From: the human T2T-CHM13v2.0 reference genome, Homo sapiens
Length of the DNA: 64,000 bases
Assembly (NCBI RefSeq): GCF_009914755.1
Contig: NC_060947.1
Direction: 5' to 3' (one strand)
Shown: piece by piece, positions 37,800 through 64,000 of the stretch
Numbering within the stretch: position 1 is the first letter of the stretch
Layout: each line of letters opens with the position of its first letter
Program-made: the position numbers and the translations under genes
The notes under the pieces: model-generated
Seen by the model: only the letters and a program-made list of their open reading frames with translations
The model's database searches: none
Told to the model about the DNA's origin: nothing

Positions 37800-39100
37800 G
37801 TCACCACGCCTATTTTGGCCGCCACCACCAACGTCCAGTGGCAACCTCGCTCTCGGCCCAGCCACAACCAGCCCGCCCGCGCTACGTCATCACGGCGCGT
37901 CGCGCGGGAAGTCGCGGGGAAAAGGTAAGATGCCCCTTCCTAATTCCCTCGCTTCCTTGCTTGCTCTCCAGACACCGCCGACCCGAAGGGCTCCTAAGTG
38001 ACTGGACAGGGACGGAGGGGCGGCGGCTATGGCATCCGGGACGACAGCGACGATAGCCGAGGCAAGAAAAAGCTTGCACCGCAGCCCTGTCGGGAACCGC
38101 CGGCGCCTGCCTTTTACGTAGGCGCAGCACAGCTGGCGTAGCACGCCGACGCACCGCCCCGTCGCCTGTGAGCTCGCGGTGTGGCTCAGCCCAGCTGGCG
38201 TAGCACGCCGACGCACCGCCCCGCCGCTTGTGAGCTCGCGAGAGGTGTGGCTCGCGCGAGGGGCGCGGCCTTGAGGCACGGTCCCCTCTGGAGGCGGGAT
38301 CTGGGCGGGCAGTCGAGAGACGAGGCCCAATGGAAAAGAAAAGCCTGAGCGCTCGCGTCCCCACAGGTCGCCAGAAACTTGGTGGAGCGAGCCAAGGGCG
38401 GAGTTTGAGAAAGGGGCTGCGTCCAATGAGTGGAGCGGTGAGTACAGCGCGTCGACGGCGGAGGCGGGAAGGGGGCGGAGGCCGACCGAAGGCGGCTAGG
38501 GACTGGCTGAAGAGGGTTAGCGAAACGTTAGCGGTCGGGTCTGGGCAGGGGGTGGAGCTGGTTGAAGGAACGGGGCAGTCCCCTGAGGAGCGGGGCTGGT
38601 TGAAACGCTAGGGGCGGGATCTGGCGGAGTGGAAGGTACCGGTCCGGCCCGATAAGGGGTGGAGTTAAGTGAATCGTTAAGGGTGGAGTCGAAACCGGGG
38701 TCGGGGCCGGGGCCGGCTGAGTGAAAGGGTGGGTGATTATCCCGGGAGATAGGCCGAAAGGGCAGGTTCGTGAAGGAATGGGGTCTGGGCTGGGCTTAGA
38801 GGGTCTGGGAATGGGGCTTAGGAGAGTAGAAGGGGCGGTGATTGGTTGGAAAGGGCAGGCCCTAAGACGGACTGTGTGAGCCCGGGGGCTCATTGCTCCG
38901 TGAAAGGGCAAGACCAGGGAAAGAGAATCGTGTAAAAGGGGTGGAGTCTAGCGGGCCGGGCGGGGCCGGGTAGAATGGCCACCTGAGTGGAGGGAGAAGG
39001 CCTGAGAGAGGCGGAGTTTGGAAGGCTGTGGAGAATCAGATCGCGTAAGGAATGGAATCTAATAGAGGGGGCGGAGCCTGGAAAAGGGCAGAGAGGTGGG
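37800..39100. promoter_or_regulatory. HDAC6: HDAC6 CpG-island promoter
   Basis: High CpG density, CRE-like TACGTCA at ~37883, E2F-like CGCGGGAA at ~37903, CCAAT at ~38327 and 38423, many GGGGCGG boxes. Confidence 0.85.
38573..38635 (+). other. HDAC6: HDAC6 non-coding exon 1 (main form)
   Basis: ...GGCGGAGTGGAAG|GTACCG donor at 38636. It matches the recalled HDAC6 mRNA leader joining AACCGCGGCAGG at 39156. The start is approximate. Confidence 0.65.
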
Positions 39101-39185
39101 GTCCTCAGGGCACACTAGCCCCCTCACATACCCACGCTCCTCCCCCCACCCCCAGAACCGCGGCAGGGGCCAAGCCTCCTCAACT

Positions 39186-61108
<21,923 letters not shown>

Positions 61109-61448
61109 GCCCCAGAATACGGTCCCTCTTCACCTTCTGAGGCCCACGATAGACCAGCTGTAGCTCATTCCAGCCTGTACCTTGGATGAGGGGTAGCCTC
61201 CCACTGCATCCCATCCTGAATATCCTTTGCAACTCCCCAAGAGTGCTTATTTAAGTGTTAATACTTTTAAGAGAACTGCGACGATTAATTGTGGATCTCC
61301 CCCTGCCCATTGCCTGCTTGAGGGGCACCACTACTCCAGCCCAGAAGGAAAGGGGGGCAGCTCAGTGGCCCCAAGAGGGAGCTGATATCATGAGGATAAC
61401 ATTGGCGGGAGGGGAGTTAACTGGCAGGCATGGCAAGGTTGCATATGT

Positions 61449-61454
61449 AATAAA
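61449..61454 (+). terminator. HDAC6: HDAC6 polyadenylation signal
   Basis: AATAAA about 340 nt after the TAA stop. Confidence 0.85.
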
Positions 61455-62084
61455 GTACAAGCTGTTAAAAAACCTGGAGAAAGCTTTTTGACTTTGAGCA
61501 GGTGGAGAACCCCACATCCCTGGCCAGCAGAGCCGATGAGTAATGAAGGAATGAGGGAGTGGGTCTCTGTCAGGTCAATCCCCTGCCCATCCATTGCCCC
61601 CAAAAAACTAACTGAAAATAGAGCAGCCATCTTGACTGGCTCCACGGGATATAAAATGGTAGAATCCATGAGAAAATGGGTGCTTGCCTTATAAATAGGA
61701 GCCTCACAGCCAGTCCCAGCCACACCCACACCCTAGGCTGAGAAGGCAAGAAAACTAGCAGGAAGTATCCTTACCAGGCCTGTTTCCCCACTGTCTCATT
61801 GGCCTGACTGGGGATGGTGGGAGGTCCAGGTTTAACTTGAATGTGGTGGTCATGGTAGCTTCTTGGCAGAAGGGGTGCCTGCCATTGACCACAGGTGGGA
61901 AATTGGAGGACAGTCTGAGAGCTGAATTTCTCCCACGTGGTGAGAATTGCTTTGGCAGCTCAAGGGAGTTGGATCTGAGGTTTCCAGGACTTTTCTTCAT
62001 GGCCACCTTATGATCCCAAGCTGACCACCACAGCCTTACTGAGTCAAGAAGAGGAGGGATGGGGAAGGGCCGGGGCTGCCCCGT

Positions 62085-62386
<302 letters not shown>

Positions 62387-62749
62387 CAGGGGCTGCCCTG
62401 TTTTAAGAGCCCTCTGGATGCCCCACCTCTGCTGCCCTCTCATTGATCAGGACTGTGCATGTGGTTGCCATAGCTGCAAGGGAGCCTGGGAAATGTGTAG
62501 TTTGACAGGCAGCCGCCTCCAATCAGGGTCTTTCTTCCCTGACAGAATGACCCCTCCTCTGTCACTGTCTTTTCTCCAGAGCTACCAAAAAACCGAGTTG
62601 AGGCAGCACAGGCTCTGTGGCCTGAAAGAGCTTCCCACAAAACCGTTCCCAAAGTCAGGCCATCCTGGTCAAAATCTAACACCCAACTCTCCCACACACA
62701 CACACCACCAACAGGAAAGCAAGGGAGAGGCGCCACAGGGGACACACGG

Positions 62750-64000
62750 GGAGGTTTGGCCGCCGTCCGTGCACCCCTAGAGGCCGCTGTGGCACCCACG
62801 TGCCTGTGCGCAAGCCGCCTGGGGGGGCACGACCCCTTGCTCCCCCGGGGCAATGGCACGGGCAGGGGCGGGGCAGTGGCAGGGGCAGGGGCGCGGCGCA
62901 GGGGGGTGGGCGGCCTGAGGAGCCGAGGGAGGGCGGCTGCGCATGTCCACTCCCCCAACCGCCGCCGGGGTGCCCCGGGGAGCAGCGTCGCCCCCCGCCA
63001 GGCCTGTCAGAGCGTCCCAGCGCGCCCGCCTCCCCACGGACACAGGTGAGCGAGGCGCCGGTGCCCCTGGCCCTGCCAGGCCTGGGGGTATCCCCGCGCC
63101 GGCTTTGGGGGATCGTCCCCCAAGCGCCAAGCCTTCTCCCGGGCGAGCGGCCCCTCACTCGGCCGGCCGGGAGGGGTGTCGGCGCTTGGCTGGAAGCGGG
63201 GCCGCCTCACCCGGAGTCGGGATGGGTCTTGACAGGATGCCCGGGCGACGCTGCTCACACCGAGCCCGAAGTGGAGTCCTGGTTTCGGGGACCCTTCCGC
63301 ACTCCGAGCTTTGCACCTCACCCGGCCTCGTCCGGGAAAGCACGACCTGGCGAGGCCGCCCTAACCCCAGGTCCCGGCCCCTTAGCGCGCCAGCCTTGGT
63401 GAGCTGGGCGAAGCCCCCCAACCTGGTCCCAGCGGCTCTGAGCGCGCGGCCACGGGGACCCGCCGGGGGCTCCGCGCCACTTGAGAGGACCGAGCCCCCA
63501 ATCTCCGGCGCCTCCCGCGGGCTGAGGCCCCGGGCCAGTGCCCTCGGCACGTGCCTCTGCGCCTCGGGCTCCTCCCGGGAGCGGAGCCTTGGGGACCAGG
63601 GCCGCGGCCTCCCTGCGCGTCGCGGGGACTGGGCGAGTGTGGCCCCGTCCCGCCAGGCACCTGGGGTGGAAGCTGCGCTCCGCCACTCGGCCAGGCCCCG
63701 GGCTTTCCTTCCTCACCGTCGGCGCCCCCAGACTCCAGCCGCTCAGACCCCGACTTAAGAGGCAGCCTCGACCCCGCCTCTGCCTTCTGACCCATCCCTA
63801 AAGATGGCCGGGCACCCCTACAGGACCCCCAGAAGCCGACCTCTCCCTCCACGTGCGCCGCCGCCTCGCCCCTCCCCGCAGTCCTCCAGGTCTTCTTCCT
63901 GTCCCCAACCGTCGGGGACCCCCAAGCTCCGTCCTCCGCTTCCTGCTCTCTTTATCCCGCCCCCGCTCCTTCTGGGCCAACGCCGCCAGTGACTATTCCC
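62750..64000 (+). promoter_or_regulatory. ERAS: CpG island with a probable non-coding first exon (donor CAG|GTGAGC at 63046), likely the ERAS 5' end
   Basis: Very high CpG/GC content, GC boxes and a strong donor site. The ERAS assignment rests only on the known gene order GATA1-HDAC6-ERAS, since no Ras coding sequence is in the window. Confidence 0.55.

Noticed and set aside
37838-38911. Overlapping 90-180 aa ORFs at the HDAC6 promoter
   Set aside because: Stop-codon depletion in a CpG island. Arg/Pro/Gly-rich with no recognisable domain.
62440-63992. Long ORFs up to 271 aa as ERAS or a new gene
   Set aside because: No Ras GTPase motifs. These are CpG-island artefacts, and the ERAS coding exon should lie beyond the window.

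Overview
Primate, almost certainly human, genomic DNA that I recognise from protein sequences as the Xp11.23 GLOD5-GATA1-HDAC6-(ERAS) interval. All genes are on the + strand: the last three coding exons of GLOD5, the complete GATA1 gene (413 aa, reconstructed from 5 coding exons) with its erythroid cis-elements, the complete HDAC6 gene (1215 aa, 28 coding exons), and a terminal CpG island that is probably the ERAS 5' end. The rest is dense in Alu, L1, L2, MIR, MLT and DNA-transposon relics, and most ORFs in the supplied track are Alu, low-complexity or CpG-island artefacts. Most notable observations: (1) a single L1-mediated chimeric retrocopy fusing a full-length U6 snRNA to a 5'-truncated ACAA2 mRNA inside one TSD pair; (2) a duplicated GATA/half-E-box module at ~31.6 kb and ~37.2 kb with the same CTTATCT-N7-CCCAGCT layout as the GATA1 upstream enhancer, one copy overlapping a complete antisense intron and a spliced 70-codon ORF; (3) a cryptic, old ~25-bp degenerate repeat array in GATA1 intron 4 and the GATA1-HDAC6 spacer; (4) exon sizes that record the HDAC6 catalytic-domain duplication. 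Repeat family names and boundaries are from memory of consensus sequences and are approximate. No database searches were run.
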